Shown in pieces: positions 52,246 to 64,000 of a DNA stretch of 64,000 nt. The DNA comes from Octopus sinensis (taxonomy: Eukaryota), in NCBI RefSeq assembly GCF_006345805.1, contig NC_043011.1, forward strand, positions 35,662,464 to 35,726,463. The letters run 5' to 3'. Numbering within the stretch: position 1 is the first letter of the stretch; every line of letters starts with the position of its first letter. The translations under genes and the position numbers were made by a program. The notes below the pieces were generated by a model, which saw only the letters and a list, made by a program, of their open reading frames with translations, was not told the DNA's origin and did not search any database.

Positions 52246-54260
52246 GTAAGTATTGAAGCATTTCTCATCTCAGAGGCTGAGTACAGAAGAACGAAAATTT
52301 ATTATCTTATGTCGAATAATTCTTCAGATATGGAAATATTTCAGCTAAGATTTGGAAAGGTAATATTTTACCTGTCCAAAACTTTTGCAGATGTCCCGCA
52401 AGGTTTTAGTTCTCAGAAATTATTTTGGTTCACTGCCGAACGTTGGAATTGAATAACCTCCAACTGCAAATGTTTTGGCATTTATAGACAAAGTAAATCT
52501 GTCAAATTCTTCAATCAAAAGATCAGTTTGCCATCAATATTCTCATTCTACTTTGGCGTATTTGCACAGAGGGATATTCTATGAGTTATGGATGGGGTTG
52601 GAGATGATGTAATTCGATTTCAATGGTTAACCTCCGAAAAATTCTAATTTCATCTTAAAGGTTTTGGCTTTCACAACAGTAAATAACATTTGGTATTTGG
52701 TACATAATTTGATTTGTTCCATGACTCTAAAGATAGAGATTATTTAGCTGTGCAGGAATTTTATAAAAAGAAGATAGCATAAATCTAAGATTCCTTTGAA
52801 ACTTCTAGAATTTTCGTATTTCATTTTCTTATGCAGTTGCTATTTTCTCCACTTCATAGAAAAATTAACGAAACACTTCCTTATAAAAGAGTGTGTATAG
52901 CGCTAACACATATAAATGATTTAAGATGTGTTATGCATTTGTCTTTTAGGGTAGAAGTTAAAAAAATAAATTACAACTTTCGTATCAAGCTCGAATTTCG
53001 AAGACACAAGTTCATTTATTATCTGGTTTTCTTTTCCGTATTCAGCGAGCAACAGATTTCTAAATTGTCAGACCCACAAGAGTTTTGTTTTCTGATGCTC
53101 TCCATATTTGCCTCGTTCTTTTATGTTTTTGAATCTCGACGAATGCCACCGTGTTGTATATAATACCAGCAAAGATTTCCGCTACACGAGCGACAAGAAT
53201 TTTCCAGCAAAGCTGATTGTTTATAAGTTCAATACGCATACTCTTTTGGATTTTAAGTTTCCTGCAACAGTACACCCATATTCTATCAACTCATAGGTAC
53301 ATCATAACTCATTCATATCTTCCACACACTTCTTTCAGCACGAAAATGACCGACGTTCTATTACTTGCACACACAAACGTACATACACATCTATGCAGAA
53401 GACACCACTCTGCATTCTTTTAACCTCGTATACTGAGGTATGTTTTCCATGCTACTTATTTTCTGTGAGACATGCAGAAACTCTATGAATGACCTGAAAA
53501 AACACTGCTGGAAAGAACAGTGGCCTCATCCAAATCTGCAAGAAAGCCCACGCAACCATGCGGTCTCGAGTTCAGTCCCGCAGCGCGGTGCCTTAAGCAA
53601 GTGTCTTTTACTATAGTTCTTGGTTGTCTAATGCCTTGTCAACGAATTCAGTGGGGGTGAAAACAGTGTGGACGTCTGCCGTAATATATATAATATATAT
53701 AATCCGTTGGCCAAATTAATTTATAGTTTTTTTTTTTGCACAGATAGACATGAATATACATTGACATGTCCTGGCTTTCATATCTTTTCCTTTTTTCCTT
53801 TTACAAGTTATTTGTAAATATCCGGTCAGATTGTCCGTATTACCCTATTTGTTTTTCCTCATTAATATTTTTTGCTAATAATTTTTTTGATGTTTTCCTA
53901 AAATTCTTTACACTGACCAGAATTGCAATACATAACTTTAACTATTATCATTATAATTATTTCTTCTAACATATTTGTATTGCCCTTTGAAAGGTTCGTA
54001 TGTGAATACTAAATTATATTTTGAACTTTTAACATCTCTTCTCCATTTTTATAGTTGTTTATAGTGTTTTATATAAGATTTTATCTTATACATACCTATA
54101 ACAAACTTTGTACTTGTTATTCTCATACTTTAATTGCTTGTTCTAGCTGACTATTTTTTTTGGATATGATGAAATTTCATAAGAAATATTTTCTCTTTAT
54201 GGCCTCCTCAAAAAGTTTGAATTGTTCTGCTTGAACTTATTGTTTCTCTCTCTTTCTCAC

Positions 54261-54306
<46 letters not shown>

Positions 54307-55249
54307 CATACATACATACATACATATATATATATCTATATATATATATTATATATTATATATATATATGATAATATATATATATATATATGTATATATT
54401 ATATGTGTATATATATATATATATGAATATATATATATATATTATATATATATATATATGATATATAATGTAATATATATTATATATATTATATATATAT
54501 GTAATAATATATATGTATATATATATATATATATATGTATATTATAGTATCTATTTCTTACTCTTTACTCTTTTACTTGTTTCAGTCATTTGACTGTGGC
54601 CATGCTGGAGCACTGCCTTTAATCGAGCAACTCGACCCCGGACTTATTCTTTTGTAAGCCCAGTACTTATTCTATCGGTCTCTTTTGCCGAACCGCTAAG
54701 TAACGTATATGTATATATATATATATGTATATATATGTATATATGTATATATATGTATATATATGTATATATATATATATATATGTATGTATATCTATGT
54801 ATATATATATGTATATGTATATATATATATTATATATATATATGTATATATATATATATTTATATATGTATATATGTATATATATGTATATATATATATA
54901 TATATAAACAACTTATAAACAGGGCAATAGAAATTATTTCATGCCAATATGCTGATGACAGACTTTAAATCGTCAATTTTCACATATCATTATACACTTA
55001 CTATAAATACATGTCGTACCGAAATCGGGAAAGCTCTAGCCAAGAGAATTTTTAAAAAACAGTTCGTTATTTCTATATTGAATCAATTTCGGGATTAATC
55101 CTATGGATTTTTCCCCCTTCAGTAGAAAATACGATAAGAAATAAATGAAATACTTACACGCACCCATGGAAAAAAGCAACCACTGGTAACCACTATATAT
55201 ATATATATATATATAATATATATATATACATACATACATACATACATAT

Positions 55250-55670
55250 ATAAAGGTAAATTAAATATAGAGATATTGACAATCCAATTATTACTTTATC
55301 TATATTACGATATTACATTAAGCACTGTGAATATAATATAACATAGCATAACATGATATTATATAACATAAATGATTATAAAAACCATAAAAGGCCGACA
55401 AATTGTTTCGACATATATTGTTTCTGATATATATCATCACAGTCCCATTATACATAAAGTGACTTTATATAATAGGACTGTGATGATATATATCAGAAAA
55501 AATATAAGTCGAAACAATTTGTTGGCCTTTTCTGGTTTTTATAATCATTAATGTTATATATATTATGTTATGTTATGTTATACTATATTCATAATATTTA
55601 ATGTAATATTGTAATATAAGAAAATTATTGGATTGTCAATAGTATATCTCTATATTTAATTTACCTTTAT
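55250..55670. repeat. Imperfect palindrome, ~210-bp arms, 1-nt loop
   Basis: Centre ataaagt-g-actttat at 55454-55468. Confidence 0.85.
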
Positions 55671-55769
55671 GATTTATATTTATATTTATATGGTATCCAA
55701 CTGAAGTACCAGTGAATCGGATGTTTAACACACCCCTTTGAAGGATTTATTTTCCTCAGTTTGTTACTT

Positions 55770-55802
<33 letters not shown>

Positions 55803-56206
55803 GTAGGAGAGGCTGTGTGTTAAGTAGCTTGCTTCCCAACCACATGGTTCCGGGTTCAGTCCCACTGCATGGCATCTTGGGCAAGTGTCTTCTACTATAG
55901 CCTCGGGCTGACCAAAGCCTTGTGAGTAGATTTGGTAGACGGAAACTGAAAGAATCCTGTCGTATATATGTATATATATATGCGAGTGTATATGTTTGTG
56001 TGTCTGTGTTTGTCCCCCCAACATCGCTTGACAACAGATGCTGGTGTGTTTACGTCACCGTAACTTGTCGGTTCGGCATAAGAGACCGATAGAATAAGTA
56101 CTAGACTTACAAAGAATAAGTCCTGAGGTCGATTTGCTCGACTAAAGGCGGTGCTCCAGCATGGCCACAGTCAAATGACTGAAACAAGTAGAAGAGTAAG
56201 AGAGTA
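55803..56206 (+). mobile_element. SINE family A copy (further tail-only pieces at 54555-54705 and 60775-60925)
   Basis: Full-length similarity. Confidence 0.85.
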
Positions 56207-56337
56207 ATGTATATATATATATATACACAGACATATATATATATGTGTATATATACATATACACACGCACATTTTCATCATGCTGAACCGTTAATCCCTA
56301 AATATTTCCCTCTCCCCGTTTTCCCCCTCTCTTAATC

Positions 56338-56373
56338 CTTTCTGTTGAAGAGAATTGACTCGAAACGTCAAAG
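56338..56373 (+). ncRNA. Hammerhead-like motif, A6U core variant, in a Penelope-like repeat (56330-56460)
   Basis: CTTT-CTGTTGA-A-GAG aattga CTC-GAAA-CG-TC-AAAG: stems I and II, ACGT palindromic stem III, GUC site. Confidence 0.45.
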
Positions 56374-57349
56374 TCTTTTTCATTCCTCCCGAATTGTAAC
56401 CTAATACACCTGCTTGTTGTTCCTTCACTTGTCTTCGTCTTTTGCTTTCTGTAAATTTGAACTATGTATGCATATGTATATTTGTATATATGCATGTATT
56501 TATGTATGTGTGTTTGATTTTTGTGCGCGTGCATGCGCGCTCACCTGTGTCTTTATGTTTGTCTTCCAAAAGCTTGACAACCCCCATTTATTTACGACTC
56601 CGTAACAGAGAAGGTCTGGCAAAAAGAAATGGGTACGATATCTACGATACTTACGAAAATGGTACTGAAGAGTGGGTGGGTAGTTGCTTTTTTGTTTGTT
56701 TGTTCCTTCTCGAGTTATGCCTGGCTCATAAGGGCCGGTTTCCCGGTTTCTTGGCGGTCTGTCGCAGGTGAGCTGCAAGATGCAGGAGGAAAGAGTGAGA
56801 GAAAGTTGTGGCGAAAGAGTCAACAGAAGTTCGCCATTACCTTCTGCCGGAGCCGCATGGAGCTTAGGTGTTTCGCTCATAAACACACACATCGCCCGGT
56901 CTGAGATTCGAACCCGTGATCCCTCGACCGCGAGTGCGCTGCTCTAACCACTAGGCCATGTGTCTCCACAGGGTAGGTGGTTGTTACAGACTGAGGCGGT
57001 GTGCCAGCATGCCCAAATTCCATTGACTTAAACAAGTAAACCGGTAGAATGAAGGCGAAGAAAAGAATATAATACAACCGTGGCAATCCAGAAAATATTT
57101 TATTATATTCTTCTCGGGTGAGAAGAAACTGTAGCAATTTCCTGTTTATTTACGGTCTAACACTAGGTCTGCAAGTTAGCGAAAATGGTGGATCTCTCGT
57201 TTAGTTTTAAGATACATCGCATGCATACTCTGGGATTGCATCATCAGTGATGTTTATGGGGTTTCAGTGGGGTTTCGGGTCTTTAAGCATCAGACTAATC
57301 TCACCCAAGTTGGCGTTCATCCATTTATGCCTAATATCCTAAAAAATTG

Positions 57350-57650
57350 AGACCTGACCCCGGAGATCAACCACTGGTATAGTCTGGCTGCCGGGGTCAT
57401 ATACTTCCTATGGAAGCTCTTTTGGTGTTACTTCTCTATCTTCCAGAAGATGCAGCTCCGCATCTACAACGTATCGGCTCTTTCCACTCTTCACTATGGA
57501 GTAAAAACGTGGCCCTTCTCGAAGACTCTGGCGAAGATGATCGACGGCTTCGATTGCAGAGCTCTGAGAACCATCGAGAACATCAGATGGTACCATCATG
57601 TTTCCAACAATCAACTGTATGCATGCAAGCATCAGACTGCAGTCCCCGCT
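57350..57650 (+). mobile_element. RTE-clade LINE fragment (post-RT region)
   Basis: LRIYNVSALSTLHYGVKTWP..IDGFDCRALRTIENIRWYHHVSN (ORF 57450-57659). Confidence 0.7.
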
Positions 57651-58283
57651 ACTAATTAAATTTTATGGTTATTAATTAAATATACCAATCAAAATTTATG
57701 CTTATGTGTTAAACTTAGTTTCATAATTAGCTACATCAATTAAACGTTATTCGTTATATTTAAAGATACAAATAAAACTTTATGCATTGTGATTAAATAT
57801 AGAAAGAAATGAAACTATAGTATCTGCTGACATGTCTGAAATAAAGAAGAAATACGGGAGTGTATCTAAAGCAAACTGAATGCAGTTCCACCTGCGAATT
57901 GGGTGTAAATACAGCAACAGTAGAATGTAATCATTATCTAAATACTGAGGTCGCTTCGGGGAGATTATGTAAAGTGTTTTGAGAATGTGATTCTACACAG
58001 AATGATAATATGCTTTATGATTAAATGTACTGTACATTACAAATAAGAGATACCATTGGCTCGTCTTAGATTTTTGCACGTAGGAAGATTCAGTTAAAGT
58101 TGCTAGCATGGAGTCAAGTTTTTCTGTGGAAGACCAGTAAGTCTCCACAGTACTGTTGATGCTCAAATACTTTTCTGTTTTATATTTACATTTATCAAGA
58201 AAAATATATTAATGTAGTATGTATTTTATAATTATGTATCAATTAGGCTAAATATTTGATGAAGCGATAATTAAAATAACTAC

Positions 58284-58480
58284 TTATATACAAAATTAAG
58301 AGGAATGACAACTAGAGTGCACACCTAATATGCTAAACATAGACGTCAAATAGTCATTACCACGAAGAATGCTGAGATTTTTCTTGAGAACACATTCTTC
58401 GAGGTAATGGCGATTTGACGTCTATGTTTAGCATATTGGGTGTCCGCTTTAGTGGTCATTCCTCTTAATTTTGTATGTAA
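58284..58480. repeat. Inverted repeat, ~87-bp arms, ~21-nt loop
   Basis: caaaattaagaggaatgac..aatatgctaaacatagacgtcaaat and its reverse complement. Confidence 0.8.
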
Positions 58481-59949
58481 CACAATTTTTAATCTTCGGA
58501 TTTTTAAAATATACTAAGCCACTGGCTTTAATTGATTAATATCAATTTCTACTCTTATTTAATTTTAACTACTTATATATATGTAGAACAAACATTCTGG
58601 TCCAACTGGCAGCATCTTTTCTTCAGTCGTAGGATCTCTCTCACTCTCTCTCTGCTCTCCCCACTCTCTGCTCTCCCCACTCTCTCCTCTCCCCCCTCTC
58701 TCCTCTTCCCCCCTCTCTCTCTTTCTGACCTAGCAGAAACTGATCTAACAACTTCTTCCACAAAATGTCATCCCACTATAATTCTTTCTTTTTGTTAGTT
58801 CCTTCTCGAGCCACACCTGGCTCATAAGGGCCGGTTTCCCGGTTTCTTTGGCGTATAGCTCCCCACCTGGATGGGATGTCGGTCCATCGCAGGTGAGCTG
58901 CAAGATGCAGGTGGAACGAGTGAGAGAAAGTTGTGGCGAAAGAGTCAGCAGAAGTTCGCCATTACCTTCTGCCGGAGCCGCATGGAGCTTAGGTGTTTCT
59001 CTCATAAACACACACATCGCCCGGTCTGAGATTCGGACTCGCGATCCCTCGACCGCGAGTCCGCTGCTCTAACCACTAGGCCATATGCCTCCAACTATAA
59101 TTCTTTGCTGGTCCCCGTTTTTTGTTGTTCTCCAAACTTCGACCCCCAGATGTTCACATTGCACATTACTAAATCAATCTCACCAGAAAGAGAATAAAAA
59201 GAACTTTGCGAAGACGATGAACACTGGGTCTTTTCCCGTGACTAAACTCGTGAAATAACTGTACTACATACACACAGATATATATTTCAAAACAAGGAGG
59301 AATTGGTCAACGCACCACAATTCTTAGCCTGCTCATGTTTTTCTTTGTTCATCAGACGTCAACCTAAATCTTCACAACACACATCACCATGACAACACCA
59401 CACAACATTGTAAAAACATAACGCAGCTGATCCTCCCTCGTGACTAAACCCTTAAGAGAATTATACTACATTCATACATTAATGCGAGAGAAAAAAATAC
59501 TAATTAGTCACAAGAGAACCAATGATAAAAAACAGAACTAGTGCCAACGATAACATCCATTTCTCAATTCACAAACGAATGTAGTTCCTATAAATATATG
59601 GTATTTCAAAAGAAACTATTAAGAGCGAAAATGTAATGCTATAGTTTCTATGCCACTTATTTTGTTTCTACGTAGAATTCTTAGAATCTATTTCTGTAAA
59701 GTTCTTTTTTTGCGGATTTAATTCCCATCGTGGAGAGATTTTGTTTTTCAGCTATTACTCGTAGTAACAATATCTCTGAAATATATTAGCAAGATCTTAA
59801 TCAGATAAATGGCACCTTCTGAAATCTGGCTTTTCCTTTTAATTAAACGATCATTTTAGTTAGCTAGCTGGCCAAATTGTAACTTTTGCCTTTTGGAAAA
59901 TTTACTCACGCATACATACACGCACGCACGCACGCACGCACGCACGCGC

Positions 59950-60198
59950 GAGCACACACACAAACATACATACACACAAATGCACACACATAAATACACA
60001 CATAGACAACATACGAATATTTCATAAGGCACGTGATCTGTTAGATATAGCAGTCAAATGTTCAAGCCAAAACACTGGACTACAGGAAACACACACGCGC
60101 ACGCACACACACACACACACACACCACACACATACACACACGCACAGACACACACACACACACACGCACACATACACACACACAACATACACACACGC

Positions 60199-60231
<33 letters not shown>

Positions 60232-60340
60232 AATACACACATAGACTATATACGAATATTTTATATGGCACGTGACTTGTTAGAAATAACAGTCAAATGT
60301 TCAAGTCAAAACACCGGTCTACAGCAAACACACACACACA
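59950..60340 (+). repeat. Local tandem duplication (~240-bp unit bounded by CA repeats), third partial copy near 60720-60775
   Basis: catagac..atacgaatattt..ggcacgtga..gtcaaatgttcaag occurs at about 60000 and 60240. Confidence 0.75.
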
Positions 60341-61014
60341 CGAGCGCGCACACGCGCACGGACACATACACGCACATACACACACAACATTTCTTAAAGA
60401 CTCCGCCGGTTACGACGACGAGGGTCCCAGCTGATACGATCAACGGAACAGCTTGCTCGTGAAATTAACGTGCAAATGGCTGAGCATTCCACAGACACGT
60501 GTACCCTTAACGTAGTTCTCGGGGATAATCAGCGTGACACAGAGAGTGACAAGGCCGACCCTTTGAAATACAAGTACAACTCATTTTTGCCAGCTGAGTG
60601 GACTGGAGCAACGTGAAATAAAGTGTCTTGCTCAAGGACACAACGCGTCGCCGGGAATCGAACTCACAATCTTACGATCATGAGCCGAATGCCCTAACCA
60701 CTAAGCCACGCGCCCTCACTACACACACACAACATACACACACGCACACACACAAATACACATATAGACAATATGTTGGTGTGTTTATGTCTCCGTAACT
60801 TGGCGGTTTGTCAAAAGAGACCGATAGAATAAGTACTAGGCTTACAAAGAATAAGTCCTAGGATCGATCTGATCGACTAAAGGTGGTGCTCCAGTATGGC
60901 CGCAGTCAAATAGCTGAAACATATACAAGAAAAAAATACATGATGGATTTTTCTGAGTTCAAATCTAAATATTGTTGGGTTTTCGTAACTGGGAATTTTC
61001 TCTCCGGAATGCAG

Positions 61015-61097
61015 GGATGATCCAGATGTTCTGTGGAAAACCAACCGTTATCTATTCATGCAGGTCTACTATACCACCGCTGATGCTGGAGAAACAG
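61015..61097 (+). CDS. Candidate 83-nt internal coding exon (phase 2 to 1), DDPDVLWKTNRYLFMQVYYTTADAGET(G)
   Basis: Acceptor ttttctctccggaatgcag with upstream taac and donor CAG|gtaagg. Open, protein-like frame in unique sequence that joins 52218-52245 in frame. Family not recognised. Confidence 0.6.
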
Positions 61098-62492
61098 GTA
61101 AGGAGCGATAAAATATGGCATCAGTGCCATCGCATGTGTTACTAAAACTGGTAATCCGTCGGTTACGATGACGAGGGTTCCAGTTGATCCAATGAACTGA
61201 ACAGCCTGCCCGTGAAATCAACGTGCAAGTGGCTGAGCACTCCACAGACACGCGTACCCTTAGCGTAGTTCTCGGGGAGATTCAGCGTGACACAAATTGT
61301 GACAAGGCTTGTTCTTTGAAATACAGGTACAACAGAAGCAGGAAGAAAGAGTGAGAGAAAGTTGTGGTGAAAGAGTACAGCAGGGTTCGCCACCACACCC
61401 TGCCGGAGCCAGATTGAGCATGACACAGAATGTGACAAGGCCGGCCCTTTTAATTACAGGTACAGCTAAATTTTGCCAGCTGAGCAAACTGGTGCAACGT
61501 GAAATAAAGTGTGTTGCTCAAGGCCACAACACGCCTCTGGGAATCGAACTCACGACTTTACGATCGTGAGCCGATTGCCCGAACCACTAGGCCACGCGTC
61601 TTTACAGTGAAAAGGTAAGAAACCAGAGAAGTCATTTCAAGGCATTTCTACTCGATGTTCGGACAGTTCTACTAATTCAGTTTTCGACATTGGTATTTTT
61701 TATTGGTTTCAAAAGTATAAAAGACAAAGCTGATCCCTACAGAATTCGAACACAAAGCACCGAGAGTCAGAAGAAAACATCGCGAGTCATTTTATCCGAC
61801 TCAGCCACTTTGCTATCATATGTTTGTATGTATGTGTATGTAAGTGTGTGTGTGTATGTATGTATGATTTTTCTTTGAGTTTAAGTCTTTCTTAGCCAGT
61901 CGCCGCTTACAACGCAACAAGACTTTTTGAGGTAAGAGTTCCCGGCGTTTGTATTTGTCTTTCATTAAGCATTTCATTTCGTTTCCACACAACAATAATT
62001 AAATTGTAAATATCATTGAAGTCGTTAAATTATACGAAGTTAATGTCATTTGGTGTATTTCTTGTATGGTGTGTGTTATTAGTTTTAACTAGATTATCGT
62101 CCATGTTTATGCGCTCTGTCAGTGTTGATGTTGGGAATAGTTACACTTGATTAAGAAGTCCACAATCATCATGTATGCATGCTTTTGTGACTTTCGCAAA
62201 TCTCCTATGTTTGAGCCTACTGAGATCAAAGCACCATCCTACCCACAGAGCTGCTGCGTTTCAGCTTCCCGATGTTGCTCACATAAATCTCTCGTGAACA
62301 TCCGCATTGTTATTACGTTGCATTTAAAAAAATCATCTTAAGTTGAGGGTAGCCTCTTACATTTACTTAAGTTCAATTAGTGTACATAGCGAAAAAAGAA
62401 GCGTTTCGTACATTACGAGCTAATCCACACCACCAACAACAACAACAACAACAACACTTCCTATTAATTCTTTAAGTACAGCATATTAGGAG

Positions 62493-62821
62493 TAAAGATT
62501 ATTTGCAAACATAACATGGCAGTCCTGGTTTAGGACGAATGTTGCTGTAATTTAGCTCCATGAGACATCGTCTCCAGCTGGCCACGCGACACGATCTGTG
62601 TCCTTATATTTTCGAACAAGGGAATCTAGTATCCCCACTCAGCTCAAAACAATATCTGTGTATCGCGATTTCCGGGTTATTTCCCTTCATCAGCACAGAA
62701 TAATTGTTCGCACAGAACAATTGTTCGTATAGCCAGCTGGAGACGATGTCTCCTGGGGCTAAATTACAGCAACATTCGTCCTAAACCAGGACTGCCATGT
62801 TATGTTGGCAAATAATCTTTA
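62493..62821. mobile_element. Element with ~90-bp inverted terminal repeats enclosing a hammerhead motif
   Basis: Arms 62493-62582 and 62732-62821 are near-perfect reverse complements. Confidence 0.7.
62655..62699 (-). ncRNA. Minimal type I hammerhead ribozyme motif with intact core
   Basis: Minus strand TCTGTG-CTGATGA-AGGG aaataa CCCG-GAAA-TCGCGA-TA-CACAGA: 6-bp stem I, GGG/CCC stem II, palindromic stem III (ATCGCGAT), AUA cleavage triplet. Confidence 0.6.
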
Positions 62822-63242
62822 TTCGAAAGTACTGTTGCTGAATATCTCTCGTTGTGAGATTTACAAATAATAATTTTCTAATTTACACAATATTATTTAT
62901 TATAGAATTATTGTAAAATGCAACTGTGTTGGCTAACACTCGTTGAGATGAAAGCTTTAGAATTGCCTATGTACTGGAATTCGATAGTGGGTTACCTGAC
63001 AGCGGTGTACCTCAGCTACTATTTCAAAAAGGCTCATGCTATCACTAGAAGATACTATATGAATAGGTGCCTGTGTTTATGAAATTTTAGGAATCTACTT
63101 TGTCTCACCTAGCGCATTTTGCTTCCACGTTTTTATGATACAAAACTACAACTTAACTTAGTCTTTGTTGAAGTAAGTCTAATTAATAGACAATATGAAC
63201 AAGGCTGCAAAGTACCTCAGCATAAGTCTCTTCGATCTAAAC

Positions 63243-63531
63243 CAGTGGTTCCCAAACTTTTTCGGGATGCCCTCCCTTTGACACCCAGGTCACATTCCTA
63301 CCGTCCCACCCCGACTAACCATCACAGAGAGATACCTCTTTCTGAAGCAAACTCGAAGCAACTGTATTTCACAAATAAAACTTAACCTATTGAACCCATT
63401 ATTTTGTTGTTTTTACATGAATTGCCACTCCATTATCGCCCCAATTTTTACATGAATCGCTACCCCATAAGCGCCTTGCTTTTCTTCAACGCCCCCTTGG
63501 AACATTTCACAGCCCACTTTGAGAATCACTG
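63243..63531. mobile_element. hAT (Charlie-like) MITE with 8-bp TSD
   Basis: CAGTGGTTCCCAAAC ... CTTTGAGAATCACTG, flanked by ATCTAAAC and ATCTAACC. Confidence 0.75.
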
Positions 63532-63856
63532 ATCTAACCTGTCCTAGTACTAAACTACAGCAACTTCTTGAGAATTATTTCCATGTCAACTGACATACAG
63601 TCAGATACAAATTCACTGATCGATAAACATAAGCTCCGTTTATAATATGCAAATTTATTCCACCAGTCCTTCTTACAATGCTTTAGTCGTATGTAGTGAT
63701 TTCCTTAAGTCAATTACATCGAACCCAGTGCGTAACTGATACTTAATTTATCGATCCCAAAAGGATGAAAAGCAAAGTCGACCTCGGCGGAATTTGAACT
63801 CAGAACGTAACGGCAGACGAAATACTGCTAACGAGCGGGAAGAAATGTCACCAGAC

Positions 63857-63887
<31 letters not shown>

Positions 63888-64000
63888 TGTATGTATGTAT
63901 GTATGTATGTATGTATGTATGTATGTATGTATGTATGTATGTATGTATGTATGTGTGTGTGTGTGTGTGTGTGTGTATGTATATAGAGTGTCTGAAAATA

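Noticed and set aside
53108-53296. Protein-like ORF LDECHRVVYNTSKDFRYTSDK..
   Set aside because: No convincing acceptor/donor pair and no recognisable family.
55146-55195. Minus-strand donor gtaagt preceded by WLPVVAFFHGC-like coding
   Set aside because: The only acceptor is a TA microsatellite end, and the esterase-like resemblance lacks the following GG motif.

Overview
AT-rich, microsatellite-dense eukaryotic DNA with no long genuine ORF, no rRNA, no intact tRNA and no CRISPR. The repeat families (several tRNA-derived SINEs, RTE- and RLE-class LINE remnants, mariner/Tc1 relics, MITEs, Penelope-like termini) look like an octopus or other coleoid cephalopod genome. This is recognition from memory, not a database result. 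Nearly all ORFs in the supplied track are microsatellite, SINE or tandem-repeat artefacts. Recognisable protein coding is limited to transposon fragments, the best being an intact C-terminal restriction-like endonuclease of an R4/Dong-type element sitting in a (TAA)n tract at 21.3-22.0 kb. Reading splice signals by eye gives two unverified, phase-compatible exon chains: a minus-strand chain (46031 to 24918, including a 13-nt micro-exon) and a plus-strand chain (45055 to 61097 and beyond). A sharp CpG-depleted to CpG-normal switch lies near 39.5-40 kb. The most interesting unexplained structure is a set of minimal hammerhead-ribozyme motifs carried by different repeat families. One has an intact core inside a 330-bp inverted-repeat element at 62.5-62.8 kb, two are CUGUUGA variants, and one has a permuted strand order in a HERO-like 3' UTR. 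There is also a 24/48-bp array whose T/S-rich N-X-T reading frame is broken by CpG-decay-type stops, a 217-bp SINE tandem array, and many long near-perfect palindromes. SINE family labels A-E are my own.
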